From contig JABIIH010000098.1 in NCBI GenBank assembly GCA_018649245.1, forward strand, positions 1 through 43,646: 43,646 nucleotides of DNA, read 5' to 3'. The position numbers and the translations under genes are program-made. Source of the DNA: Rhodospirillaceae bacterium (GTDB taxonomy: Bacteria > Pseudomonadota > Alphaproteobacteria > Rhodospirillales > UBA2165). This document shows positions 1 through 9,998 of the stretch, in pieces (the first letter of the stretch is position 1; every line of letters starts with the position of its first letter). The notes under the pieces are model-generated. The model had not been told where the DNA came from and made no database searches. It saw only the letters and a program-made list of their open reading frames with translations.

Positions 1-449
1 AGGGCTTTTGGCTACCGTCGGATGCCAAACCGAACCGCCGTTCCAATTGGGTCTCAAATGACATTCTAACGGGTACGCTCAAAGCCATCGAAGCCAAGCA
101 TGTCATGATTGTTGCCGATAGTTGTTACTCAGGACGGCTGGTGCGCGGCGCCAAAGTCTCAATTGGTGATCCGGAGTACCTGAAAAAAATATCCCGCAAG
201 AAAGCGCGTGTGGTGATTACTTCGGGTGGGCTAGAGCCGGTCGCTGACAATGCTGGTGATGGTCATTCTCCCTTCACCTCGGCATTGCTGAAATCCCTGC
301 GCGCCAACAATGGTGTTGTCGACGGCAACTCATTGTTTAACAAAATTCGCCGGCCGGTTATGGTCAGTGCGGATCAAACTCCGCAATTCTCTGATATTAG
401 GAAAGCCGGGCATGATGGCGGCGATTTTCTGTTCGTGCGCCGAAAGTAA
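1..449 (+). CDS. Caspase-like (peptidase C14) domain protein, C-terminal part; the 5' end lies outside the window
   Basis: Frame 3 is open from nt 3 (GFWLPSDAKPN...) into the listed ORF 105..449. It contains the caspase-type catalytic-Cys context KHVMIVADSCYSG. Motif recognition only. Confidence 0.65.
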   Translation, partial: GFWLPSDAKPNRRSNWVSNDILTGTLKAIEAKHVMIVADSCYSGRLVRGAKVSIGDPEYLKKISRKKARVVITSGGLEPVADNAGDGHSPFTSALLKSLRANNGVVDGNSLFNKIRRPVMVSADQTPQFSDIRKAGHDGGDFLFVRRK

Positions 450-454
450 ATAAT

Positions 455-853
455 TTACGAGACCGGCACGCCTTCATCACCAAGTTTATCAACCACTGAT
501 CTTACATGGTTGGAAAGCACCTCTATCAAAGCGCGGTGAAACGGATCGGCGACAGACATTTTCTTGGCCATCTGAGCTCGCGATATAACCAGCAGCTTTA
601 CTTCATCCTGAGCATAGGCCGAGGCCATGCGGGGTTTATCGTTGAGCAAGGCCATTTCACCAAACAGGCCGCCTTTGGGCACTTCACCCAAGACAACTTC
701 TTCACCGTTGACCTTTCGGGTTATTTCGACCACGCCTTCGGTCACAATAAATGCCAGATCGCCTGACTCACCTTCCCGGAAGATATAACGACCGGCTTGT
801 ATTTCGCGGGTTTCTAACCCACTTGAACGCGCCTTCTTATCTATATTTTCCAT
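455..853 (-). CDS. Single-domain cyclic-nucleotide-binding (cNMP) protein, 132 aa
   Basis: Contains the phosphate-binding-cassette motif FGEMALLNDKPRMASAYA, preceded by the beta-roll pattern YIFREGESGDLAFIV. It is a paralog of the adjacent gene. Confidence 0.8.
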   Translation of the reverse strand: MENIDKKARSSGLETREIQAGRYIFREGESGDLAFIVTEGVVEITRKVNGEEVVLGEVPKGGLFGEMALLNDKPRMASAYAQDEVKLLVISRAQMAKKMSVADPFHRALIEVLSNHVRSVVDKLGDEGVPVS

Positions 854-862
854 GAATTAAGC

Positions 863-1309
863 CTAAGAAGCTCGAATATTAGCCTGAACCAATTGATCCG
901 CTAGCCCTCTGATATGACTGGTCAAAATATCAATCAGAGCGCGGTGAAACGGATCAGCGCTTTCTAATTTTTTGTGAAACACTTCACGCGAGATAACCAA
1001 TACTTCGACGCTGCCTTCAATGGCGCGGGCGGAAGCCATACGCAGACCATTATCGATCAGCGCCATTTCGCCGAACATGCCGCCTTTTATTACCGTCCCG
1101 ATGGGATTGTCTTTGTCCTCAATGACATGCGAAATTTCGACTTTGCCGTTCAAGACGACAAATGCCAAATCACCGGATTCACCTTCCCGAAAAATATACT
1201 GGCCTTCTAAAAAAGCGCGTTTTTCCGTACTGGCGCCGCGCTTGATTTTTCCATCATCATCTTCTTTTTCAGCTTTGCTATCTGTAGTGGCGTCTTGATC
1301 ATTCATCAC
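863..1309 (-). CDS. Single-domain cyclic-nucleotide-binding (cNMP) protein, 148 aa
   Basis: Contains FGEMALIDNGLRMASARA and YIFREGESGDLAFVV. It shares the C-terminal DPFHRALI motif with the 455..853 product. The gap to the downstream paralog is 9 nt. Confidence 0.8.
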   Translation of the reverse strand: MMNDQDATTDSKAEKEDDDGKIKRGASTEKRAFLEGQYIFREGESGDLAFVVLNGKVEISHVIEDKDNPIGTVIKGGMFGEMALIDNGLRMASARAIEGSVEVLVISREVFHKKLESADPFHRALIDILTSHIRGLADQLVQANIRAS

Positions 1310-1376
1310 TGATCCCCTCCAAACACCGTCAATCTAGCACGTCGTCACAATAATCCAAATAGTTGAAACGAAAATT

Positions 1377-2456
1377 TTACGGCAACCGGCCCTGGATTTG
1401 CGGCGAGTCAGAAGTATAGCGGTAGCAGCGGAACATGATATTATTGCCGGTATAAGCCGGATGCTCGTATTCAACAAAATAAGGCGAGACATATTCCCAA
1501 ACGATCTCCCCTTCCGGTGTGACTTCGAACAAACGGCCCCAGAGACCTTCGCAGATCAAGGTATTGCCGGAAGACAGGCGCTGACAGCCGCTGATAAACC
1601 AGCTGACGAAAGAACGCCGGGGCGTACCTTGATATACCCAAACTTCTTCGTTAGTCGCCGGATCAATCTCGACAACCTGCGAGCCGGTCTCGGGACCATG
1701 AATATGAACATCGGCGCCATTGGCAAAGAATAATATATTGCCGTTCTCCAGCATCTGCACATCATGATGTTGTCCGTAGGCGATATCCCGCAGTGACCAT
1801 TTAATTTTCTTGGTCTCATAATCGATCATTGCCATGGTGTTGTTGTAGCGCCAATTGACAATCACATCGCCGTTCGGGCATGGCGAAATTGTGTTGGCAT
1901 GAGCATATTCGTGGCGGTGGACGGACGGATCAATTGGGAAGTCATCCTTGTCCATATCGGTCAGCACATCCCATTCCCAGACGATATTTCCTTTGGGATC
2001 GATTTCACGGATGACATCGGTAAAAATCGCGCCGTCGTGCTCTTCCCCTGCCATACCACCTGGAATGGTTTTCCACACATCCGGATCAGTTTGCTTGGTC
2101 CAGGCAGCGTAAACTGTATTGCCATTGGGCTTACGGCGGAAATCATGATGCTGCAGGTGATCGACATGCTCCCAGACGATATTACCGTCCCAGTCATACT
2201 CGATTAAATGACCACCCTTGGCCGGCAAAAACGGATTTTCTTCCTCCGTTCGAATGGCCGCCAGCAAATTACCATTTTCCAGCAAATAAGCATAATTGCC
2301 GACATCATTGGGCAATTCCCACTGATGAACGACATTGCCGTCCATGTCTATCAGATAGGTGTTATAGAGCCCGAGCGGCGTAAACAACGTATAGCCGGGG
2401 GTCGATTTATTCGCATTATGCTGTAAGACGCCACTGCGTGGATCAATTGCTGGCAT
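1377..2456 (-). CDS. Arylsulfotransferase (ASST)-like beta-propeller family protein
   Basis: Shows repeated HHD/NGN-type motifs (HLQHHDFRRKPNGNT, GQHHDVQMLENGNILFFANG, HANTISPCPNGD) of the kind I associate with the ASST family. No N-terminal signal peptide is visible. Confidence 0.55.
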   Translation of the reverse strand: MPAIDPRSGVLQHNANKSTPGYTLFTPLGLYNTYLIDMDGNVVHQWELPNDVGNYAYLLENGNLLAAIRTEEENPFLPAKGGHLIEYDWDGNIVWEHVDHLQHHDFRRKPNGNTVYAAWTKQTDPDVWKTIPGGMAGEEHDGAIFTDVIREIDPKGNIVWEWDVLTDMDKDDFPIDPSVHRHEYAHANTISPCPNGDVIVNWRYNNTMAMIDYETKKIKWSLRDIAYGQHHDVQMLENGNILFFANGADVHIHGPETGSQVVEIDPATNEEVWVYQGTPRRSFVSWFISGCQRLSSGNTLICEGLWGRLFEVTPEGEIVWEYVSPYFVEYEHPAYTGNNIMFRCYRYTSDSPQIQGRLP

Positions 2457-2489
2457 TTTGAAAACCTCCCTTTTATATTTCTATTTAAG

Positions 2490-3566
2490 CTAACTTGGAT
2501 CGCCAAGTCGACCGGCAATTTCAGCCGAGTCGGCTGCATAGCGATAGCAGCGGAAAATGGAGCGGCCTGGTTTATAAGGTGCTTGGTCAGATGCATACGG
2601 CGAATTATAGTTCCACACAATTTCACCGTCGCGCGTGACCTCAAATAAACGTCCCGAGCGGCCTTCACAAATTAACATATTGCCGTTCGGCATTGGCTGG
2701 CAACCGCTGATAAAGGGACTGTCAAAAGTATAGGGTGGTGAGCCGACATATTCCCAGACCGTTTCATTAGAATTGGGCTCAATTTCAAAAATTCGCGAGC
2801 CTTCATTCGGTCCGTGATACGGTCCATGAGCGCCATTGGCGTAGACCAAAATATTACCGTTCTCGAGCATTTGGACATCGTGCTGATGCCCCAATTTCCA
2901 ATCACACATTTCCCAGGAGAATTGTTTGGAGTCCCGGTCAATGCGGGCAATTAAATGATTTTGCCGAAAGCTGATCAGATAATCGCCATCCGGCAAGGGG
3001 CAAATAGTATTGGCATGCGCCCATTCCTTACGATGCTCAATCGCACAAATCGGATATTTGCTGTAGTCCTCGATATCGGTGGCGAAATGCCATTCCCAGA
3101 CCGTATTACCGTCTTTATCAATTTCCTGAATACCATCGCCGTAAATACCATTTTCGTGCTCAGATCCTTCACGTCCACCCGGTACCTTGGCGGCCAGTTC
3201 TTCCGGCATAAGTTCCCAGCGGACATAGCAGGTGTTACCGTTTTCGAGGCGGCGGAAATCGTGATGCTGGAAATGGTCGGTATGCTCCCAGACGATGTTA
3301 CCATCCCAATCCATTTCAACAATATGACCGCCTTTGGCGGATAGTCCCAAGACCTGCTCGTCTGTCCGGATCGCCGCCAGTAAATTACCATTCGGCAACA
3401 AATAAGCGTAATTGCCCGGCAGGCCGCCCATTTCCCATTCGTGAACGATCTTTCCGTTCATATCCGTGAGCTTTACCGTTGACGTGCCAAGCGTCCAAAA
3501 AATGGTGTAACCCGCTGAAGCTTTTGATTTATCGTAGACCGATACGCCATCGTTTTCGTAAAGCAT
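2490..3566 (-). CDS. Arylsulfotransferase (ASST)-like beta-propeller family protein (tandem paralog)
   Basis: Collinear with the 1377..2456 product (YAYLLPNGNLLAAIRT, HFQHHDFRRLENGNT, GHQHDVQMLENGNILVYANG). The gap to the paralog is 33 nt. Confidence 0.55.
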   Translation of the reverse strand: MLYENDGVSVYDKSKASAGYTIFWTLGTSTVKLTDMNGKIVHEWEMGGLPGNYAYLLPNGNLLAAIRTDEQVLGLSAKGGHIVEMDWDGNIVWEHTDHFQHHDFRRLENGNTCYVRWELMPEELAAKVPGGREGSEHENGIYGDGIQEIDKDGNTVWEWHFATDIEDYSKYPICAIEHRKEWAHANTICPLPDGDYLISFRQNHLIARIDRDSKQFSWEMCDWKLGHQHDVQMLENGNILVYANGAHGPYHGPNEGSRIFEIEPNSNETVWEYVGSPPYTFDSPFISGCQPMPNGNMLICEGRSGRLFEVTRDGEIVWNYNSPYASDQAPYKPGRSIFRCYRYAADSAEIAGRLGDPS

Positions 3567-3678
3567 ATTCCCCCCTATTTGGATATTAAACTACTTTTTT
3601 CTGAAACTAGTCAGACCGTATTCGAGGCACAACGTCAAGGCCAAGCAGAGCATTTCTATGATGCCAATTTACGCCACC

Positions 3679-4119
3679 CTATAACTTCTGAGCATTTTCC
3701 AATATCGCCCGAAGCTCATCGTTAATTGGTTGCGACTTTTGGGTCTCAGCATCGAGGCAGACGGTAATGACTTCGTCTACTGCGATACACTCATCGCCAC
3801 TAAAAATGCCCTGCCCCAAAACATAGGACGTGCGGCCGATTTTTGTCACCACAGTGCCGATATCAACACTTCCCGGATAATGCAGGGTCTTGAAATACTC
3901 AACCGAGAACTTCACCAAGGCAAAGCCGGCCAGAATATCATCGCCGAGCGTAATCATCTGCTCGTGGCGAAACTGCACCCGGCCATCTTCAAAAAATTCA
4001 TTGATGGCACCATTATTTACATGGCCATTAGGATCGAGATCACGATAACGGATGGTGGCACTGGTCCAGCTCACATAGGCGTCTCGGGATTTAAGATCTG
4101 GCTCCTGGGTGTCAGTCAT
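3679..4119 (-). CDS. Acyl-CoA thioesterase, hotdog fold (YbgC/4HBT-like)
   Basis: The N-terminal pattern IRYRDLDPNGHVNNGAINEFFEDGR is typical of 4HBT-type thioesterases. Size is 146 aa. Confidence 0.7.
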   Translation of the reverse strand: MTDTQEPDLKSRDAYVSWTSATIRYRDLDPNGHVNNGAINEFFEDGRVQFRHEQMITLGDDILAGFALVKFSVEYFKTLHYPGSVDIGTVVTKIGRTSYVLGQGIFSGDECIAVDEVITVCLDAETQKSQPINDELRAILENAQKL

Positions 4120-5044
4120 TTCTAGCAGGCCAAGTTGTTTCGAGTATTTCGATCATTATTTTGTCCATTGGCAGATTAGCTTTAAGCGTTTCATAGCTTT
4201 GCTCAGCCAAGGTCGCAAGATCAATATCACCCATGCAATCATTTGCGGTTTGGATAAGTTCATCCGGACCAGCGGTAATACAAAGGTCGGTATAGGCGTT
4301 GGTTGCTCCGGTATACTCAAGCAATACCGGCACGCGATTTATCACTGAGTGACAAATTCGAGTGACGGAGACAATGCTATGATGATCGGTTTTCTGCAGC
4401 GACAGATTAACGCGGCTGCGAGCCATCAAGGCATCTCTAAGATAAGTCGGCACCGGCATCGCCGGGTAATAAACCTCGTGGCCGGCTGAGGATATTTCGG
4501 TAACCAGTCTTTGGCGACGGTCACAGGGAAGACCGCACATCAGAAAATCAATATCCCGCTCATCGTCTGGTAGCTGTTTTATGTTCTCCAGCTGTCCGAG
4601 ATAACCAAATGGCAAATAAGCAGTGTTTGGATTCATGACCGAGCAAGCCTCGACAGATTCTTCCAACATACACCAGACAAACTCGGCGTTTTTGGCTGCC
4701 AGCTCAAAGGCCGCCAAGGTCGCCGGGTCGTCTCCTTCCGCGCCATAATTCCAGGTCCCATCAGGCGCGATGGCTTCGGTACAAACCAGCCCATATTTAA
4801 CGCCGGTCATTTTCAGCTGGTTGGGAAAACTTGGTTCCGTGTAAAAGCGGTCAAAGAAAAGGTTGAGAGCATTGGGATCGAGTTGGCTGGTGCCGGTTCT
4901 CACTTCAAGGCCCTGGCTTTCAAGCGCGCAGCTCACAAACCGCACACTGTCAGCCATCATCTCCCAGAGATGCGGATTCAAATTGCTCAACATGATATTG
5001 ACGTTCATATGAAAACGTATAGCGAGATTCTGCTGACAGGTCAC
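4112..5044 (-). CDS. Hypothetical protein; the C-terminal half is faintly like a GT-B/CgeB-type glycosyltransferase
   Basis: Long ORF whose stop region overlaps the thioesterase start by 8 nt. The pattern IDFLMCGLPCDRRQRLV...RICHSVINRVPVLLE resembles a GT-B C-terminal domain, but only weakly. The true start may be the internal MNVNIML. Confidence 0.45.
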   Translation of the reverse strand: MTCQQNLAIRFHMNVNIMLSNLNPHLWEMMADSVRFVSCALESQGLEVRTGTSQLDPNALNLFFDRFYTEPSFPNQLKMTGVKYGLVCTEAIAPDGTWNYGAEGDDPATLAAFELAAKNAEFVWCMLEESVEACSVMNPNTAYLPFGYLGQLENIKQLPDDERDIDFLMCGLPCDRRQRLVTEISSAGHEVYYPAMPVPTYLRDALMARSRVNLSLQKTDHHSIVSVTRICHSVINRVPVLLEYTGATNAYTDLCITAGPDELIQTANDCMGDIDLATLAEQSYETLKANLPMDKIMIEILETTWPARND

Positions 5045-5080
5045 CCGGGATTAATTAAGGGGACAGTTTACTCAATTATG

Positions 5081-6109
<1,029 letters not shown>

Positions 6110-6294
6110 GTGATTAATGTGGTGCCGAGACCGCTCAAAGGCAAAACACAAATCCTCACAATGGGGTGATTGTGGATTGAGGACATCTTCTTGGCACATC
6201 CTATCGACCAGGATACAGGTTGCCTAAAGCGTCCGCGAAGTAAGTTCACACAGATTTTAGTTGTGGCTTAAGAGATAAACTTTAAGAATACTCC

Positions 6295-6648
6295 ATGGCA
6301 TTATCAGAAAATATGCGGGCGAAGGTTTGGCTCTACATCCGGATGTCCTTGGCCGCCGGGCTGCTCGGTATCGGCTACGGCTATTACCTGCAGGTGATGG
6401 GCCGGGTCGAGATGACCGGCTTCCTGCATGTCGAGTTTGCCATCCGCGGTATTATTATCGGCGCCTTGTTTTGGGCCTTGCAGATTTTTATCATCAATGG
6501 CCCCAAGGGCGACCGCCTCAAAGCCATGACCTATGGTCCAAAAGTGCTGATTAAAACCATCGGTTATTTGGTGGTGATCGAGATCGGTTTTCTGATCGGC
6601 GATGTGATTTTTAACTTCGAAAAATACCAGACCTATTTGGGCAAGTAG
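6295..6648 (+). CDS. Hypothetical small membrane protein (117 aa)
   Basis: Has three or four hydrophobic segments (SLAAGLLGIGYGYY, IIIGALFWALQIFII, IGYLVVIEIGFLIG). The antisense ORF 6304..6651 has no such features. Confidence 0.4.
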   Translation: MALSENMRAKVWLYIRMSLAAGLLGIGYGYYLQVMGRVEMTGFLHVEFAIRGIIIGALFWALQIFIINGPKGDRLKAMTYGPKVLIKTIGYLVVIEIGFLIGDVIFNFEKYQTYLGK

Positions 6649-6653
6649 CAACC

Positions 6654-6890
6654 ATGCTGGAAAAGCTGCAAAAATTTAATAAGATTTTCATGCGCATCAC
6701 CTGGGTATTCCTGATCATCGGCAGCGTCGATCATTTCAGTTGTGAGCTTGAAGCGACCATGTTTGCCTGTGAAAATCTGCCGCACGAGATCGCCCAATAT
6801 AATCTCAAATTACTGTGGCTGATGGTGGCTATCATATTCTTAGGCGAAGTCATGGCCTGGATACTAAAGCGCCGAGCCCAAGCTGAATAG
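6654..6890 (+). CDS. Hypothetical small membrane protein (78 aa)
   Basis: Has two hydrophobic segments (ITWVFLIIGSV, LLWLMVAIIFLGEVMAWIL). There is no other support. Confidence 0.25.
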   Translation: MLEKLQKFNKIFMRITWVFLIIGSVDHFSCELEATMFACENLPHEIAQYNLKLLWLMVAIIFLGEVMAWILKRRAQAE

Positions 6891-6896
6891 ACTATC

Positions 6897-7802
6897 CTAT
6901 TCGACTTTCCGGTATTCCGCTTGCAGCGAAATTTCACCCTCAGACTTAATGATACCACGCTCAGCCAGATCAATAATATGCGAGAATACAGAATGCCGGG
7001 CGGCTCCGGTGAGTCTCGGGTCCAAATCCTGATACATCCGCTCGACCATGGCCGGAATATTGGTGACGCCTTGATCCAGGCAATCGAGGATTTGGGTTTC
7101 CCGCTGTTTACGGTGCACCATGATGCCCCGGACATATCGTTGAGGATTTTTAATCCGTCCGCCATGGGTGGGATAATAAACCTCGTCACTGCGTTCAGCC
7201 AGCATCCGCAAACTCGCCATGTAATCGGCCATATCGCCATCCGGCGGCGAGACTACAGTGGTTGACCAGCCCATGACATGATCACCGGGAAAAAGCGCAT
7301 TTTCTTCCCGCAAATGATAACAGAGGTGATTTGAGGTATGGCCCGGCGTATGGACGCAGTCAAAAGTCCACCCCTCCCCTTCAACGACATCGCCGCCTTT
7401 GAGCACAAAATCCGGCACAAAATCCTTATCACCGCCCGCCTCAACCACCGCATCTTTGGCATACTTACCTGCCCCATGAGGGCCAAAGCCATAGGTCTTT
7501 GCGCCGGTGCGCGCCTTGACGAGCGCGGCTGCCGGTGAATGATCCATATGGGTGTGGGTGATCAGCTGATGGGTAATCTCTTCGCCCTCAAGTGCCGCCA
7601 ACAAGGCATCGACATGCTCCGGGTAATCAGGTCCCGGATCAATGACCGCAACTTGGCCCCGCCCAACAACATAAGTGCCGGTGCCCATGAAAGTATAGGG
7701 GCCGGGATTATTGGCAACAATGCGCCGGATCATTGGTGTGACTTCAACCATCACCCCATATTCACACTCAAATTTGCGATTGAATTTAACGTCTTCTGTC
7801 AT
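6897..7802 (-). CDS. MBL-fold metallo-hydrolase
   Basis: Contains the HxHxDH motif (ITHTHMDHSPAA) and a downstream HTPGHTSNH. It starts 12 nt after the histidine kinase stop. Confidence 0.85.
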   Translation of the reverse strand: MTEDVKFNRKFECEYGVMVEVTPMIRRIVANNPGPYTFMGTGTYVVGRGQVAVIDPGPDYPEHVDALLAALEGEEITHQLITHTHMDHSPAAALVKARTGAKTYGFGPHGAGKYAKDAVVEAGGDKDFVPDFVLKGGDVVEGEGWTFDCVHTPGHTSNHLCYHLREENALFPGDHVMGWSTTVVSPPDGDMADYMASLRMLAERSDEVYYPTHGGRIKNPQRYVRGIMVHRKQRETQILDCLDQGVTNIPAMVERMYQDLDPRLTGAARHSVFSHIIDLAERGIIKSEGEISLQAEYRKVE

Positions 7803-7814
7803 AGAATTATTTAT

Positions 7815-9197
7815 TTAAACTCGTTGGGATTCTTGTTCCTCAAAGCGCAAGACAACCTTTAAACCCGGCAGATTGTCATCGAGCTCAATATCGGCACAAT
7901 GCAATTGTGCGACGGCGCGCACAAGACTTAATCCCAAGCCACTGCCGGGCGAATTGCGGCTCGCTTCCAAACGGACGAAGCGATCGAGCGCCTGCTCTCG
8001 ATCTGCCGCTGGAATGCCCGGACCGCTATCGGCAACTATCAGTTCCGGCCGGTTAGCGGCCTCACGCAACACCAATGTAAGATTGCCGCCTTCAGGCGTA
8101 TACTTAACGGCGTTGTCCAACAAATTGGCCAAGGCCTGCGACATCAGATGCTTGTTACCGTATACAGTAATCCCCCGGGCAACATCGCTGGTCAGGGTCA
8201 TCGATTTTTCTTCAGCGACCGGCTCATAGAGTTCGGCCATATTACGCACCAAAGCGCTGAGATTAAAATCTTTCGAATCTGCTTCAAGCTGGCCAGATTC
8301 CGCCTGCGCAATATTCAACAGCGCATTAAAAGTTTCCAAGAGATCAGAGGCTTCGTCGATGGTTTGCAGCAGAGCATCACGATATTCAACTTCCGAAGCC
8401 TCGCCCATCAGCGTGACTTCAAGGCGGGAACGCAGGCGGTTCAAGGGCGAGCGCAAATCATGGGCGATGTTTTCGGTCACCTGCCGCATACCCAACACCA
8501 AGCGCTCGATCTGTTCCAGCATATCATTGAGGTTATCCGCTAGGCGGTCCAACTCATCGCCACCACCGGAAACCGGAATACGCTGCTGTAAATCACCCGC
8601 CATGATATCCCGGCTGGTGCGGTTAATCGCTTCGATGCGACGGAGAAAATTGCGGCTCATCATCAGCCCGCCGACAAGTCCCAGCGCCAAGGTCAGCACC
8701 ACCGCCCACGTCAGTGAGCGGCGCATAATTTTTTCGATGCGCAGCCTTTCATGGGTATCGCGCCCGACCAAAAGCTGGTAGCCCTGCCCCAACAGGAGAT
8801 GCCGGCCCCGCGCCTGATGAGTTTCTACCTTGCCACCAATTGGCCGCTGGTAGGGAAAATCGAGCCAGCCGCCTTCCTGGGTCTCGACATCCGGCCAACC
8901 ATTCAGATTTCCCGCCAGCGCTGTTCGTCTTGGATCGATTAGCAGATAAAGACTTTGACGCTCGTTGCGGGAGCGCTCCCGGACAATTGCCGCCAGGCCG
9001 GTGACGCCCCTCGCCCGATATTGCTCCGACAGCCCGGTGATTTCAGCATCAATGGTATCGTCCGTTTGAATGGCGGTGATGCCGGCTGTCCACCAATAGA
9101 TAAAACCCAGCAAAACAAAAACCGAGACGCCAAACAGCACCAAATAGACCAGCGCCATCCGAAAGGCGGTGGTGTGTATGGTTCTAGCCAGGTTCAC
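7815..9197 (-). CDS. Sensor histidine kinase (two TM segments, HAMP, HisKA, HATPase_c)
   Basis: H-box ENIAHDLRSPLNRL, N-box LANLLDNAVKYT, G-boxes DSGPGIP and GSGLGLSLV. I placed the start at the GTG at 9197 (VNLARTIHTTAFRMALVY...), which overlaps the regulator stop by 14 nt. The ORF-track start at 9368 would overlap the regulator by 185 nt. The ATG at 9158 is an alternative. Confidence 0.85.
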   Translation of the reverse strand: MNLARTIHTTAFRMALVYLVLFGVSVFVLLGFIYWWTAGITAIQTDDTIDAEITGLSEQYRARGVTGLAAIVRERSRNERQSLYLLIDPRRTALAGNLNGWPDVETQEGGWLDFPYQRPIGGKVETHQARGRHLLLGQGYQLLVGRDTHERLRIEKIMRRSLTWAVVLTLALGLVGGLMMSRNFLRRIEAINRTSRDIMAGDLQQRIPVSGGGDELDRLADNLNDMLEQIERLVLGMRQVTENIAHDLRSPLNRLRSRLEVTLMGEASEVEYRDALLQTIDEASDLLETFNALLNIAQAESGQLEADSKDFNLSALVRNMAELYEPVAEEKSMTLTSDVARGITVYGNKHLMSQALANLLDNAVKYTPEGGNLTLVLREAANRPELIVADSGPGIPAADREQALDRFVRLEASRNSPGSGLGLSLVRAVAQLHCADIELDDNLPGLKVVLRFEEQESQRV

Positions 9198-9861
9198 GGA
9201 GACAATATCCGGCACCGCGCACGGTTTGCAAAAGCGCGGTGTCGAAATCCTTATCGATTTTGGTACGGAGGCGGCTGATATGGACATCGATGACGTTGGT
9301 CTGCGGATCGAAATGATAATCCCAGACATTTTCCAACAACATAGTGCGGGTAACGATTTGCCCGGCATGACGCATCAAATATTCAAGCAGGCGGAACTCA
9401 CGCGGCTGAAGCTGAATTTCGACCTCGCCGCGCTTGACTTGGCGCGTCAACAGATCGATTTCGAGATCAGCTACTTTGAAACTGGTTTCAACTTCAGCAG
9501 GGTTACGGCGTCGCACCAGAGCTTCGATACGGGCAAGCAGTTCGGTAAAGGCATAGGGTTTGACGAGATAATCATCTCCCCCGGCTTTGAGACCTTTAAC
9601 CCGGTCATCAACGTCACCAAGCGCGCTGAGAAATAGAATCGGTTCCTGATGCCCTTCGGCGCGCAATCTTTCAACCACACTAAGCCCATCGAGTTTGGGC
9701 AGCATGCGGTCAACGATCAGCACGTCATAGCCGCCTTCGCTTGCCATCGCCAAGCCGTCTTCACCATCACCGGCATGATCAGCGACATGACCGCTTTCGC
9801 CTAGGCCTTTGATCATATAGCCAGCGGCTTCTTTATCATCTTCGATAACTAAGATACGCAT
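9184..9861 (-). CDS. OmpR-family response regulator (receiver plus winged-helix)
   Basis: Receiver motifs MRILVIEDD, LIVDRMLPKLDG and YLVKPYAF. The C-terminal winged helix reads LQPREFRLLEYLMRHAGQIVTR...DVHISRLRTKID. Confidence 0.9.
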   Translation of the reverse strand: MRILVIEDDKEAAGYMIKGLGESGHVADHAGDGEDGLAMASEGGYDVLIVDRMLPKLDGLSVVERLRAEGHQEPILFLSALGDVDDRVKGLKAGGDDYLVKPYAFTELLARIEALVRRRNPAEVETSFKVADLEIDLLTRQVKRGEVEIQLQPREFRLLEYLMRHAGQIVTRTMLLENVWDYHFDPQTNVIDVHISRLRTKIDKDFDTALLQTVRGAGYCLREPG

Positions 9862-9913
9862 GGCGCTACTTTACCTGATCAGATGGATTTTGAAATGTTA
9901 GAATAAAATTAAA

Positions 9914-9948
9914 GGACGCCTCAGCCCTATCTAGGCGCTGAGACGTCC
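9914..9948 (-). terminator. Probable Rho-independent terminator downstream of the DegP-like gene
   Basis: Imperfect hairpin GGACG(C)CTCAGC(C)CCTA-TC-TAGG(C)GCTGAG(A)CGTCC. On the minus strand it is followed by the T-rich stretch CTTTAATTTTATT. It lies 51 nt after the stop at 9999. Confidence 0.5.
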
Positions 9949-9998
9949 CTTTCCCGTAGGTATTAATTCAGTTTCGACCTTGCCTAGGCCTTCTCCAC

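Noticed and set aside
6110-6199. N-terminal 30-codon extension of the DUF3179 ORF.
   Set aside because: The Cys/His-rich extension has no features. The ATG at 6109 directly precedes the membrane anchor. The start remains uncertain.
6295-6890. The two small membrane ORFs might be the orphaned membrane module and start of a class III nucleotide cyclase, which would fit the many cNMP-binding domains.
   Set aside because: There is only a vague resemblance to cyclase N-terminal membrane regions. No catalytic-domain motifs appear in any frame before the MBL gene ends at 6897. I cannot support it from the sequence.
9198-9368. N-terminal extension of the histidine kinase ORF (the ORF track starts at 9368).
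   Set aside because: It would overlap the response-regulator gene by 185 nt, and the extra 57 residues are low-complexity. A GTG at 9197 overlapping the regulator stop gives a typical short basic N-terminus before TM1.
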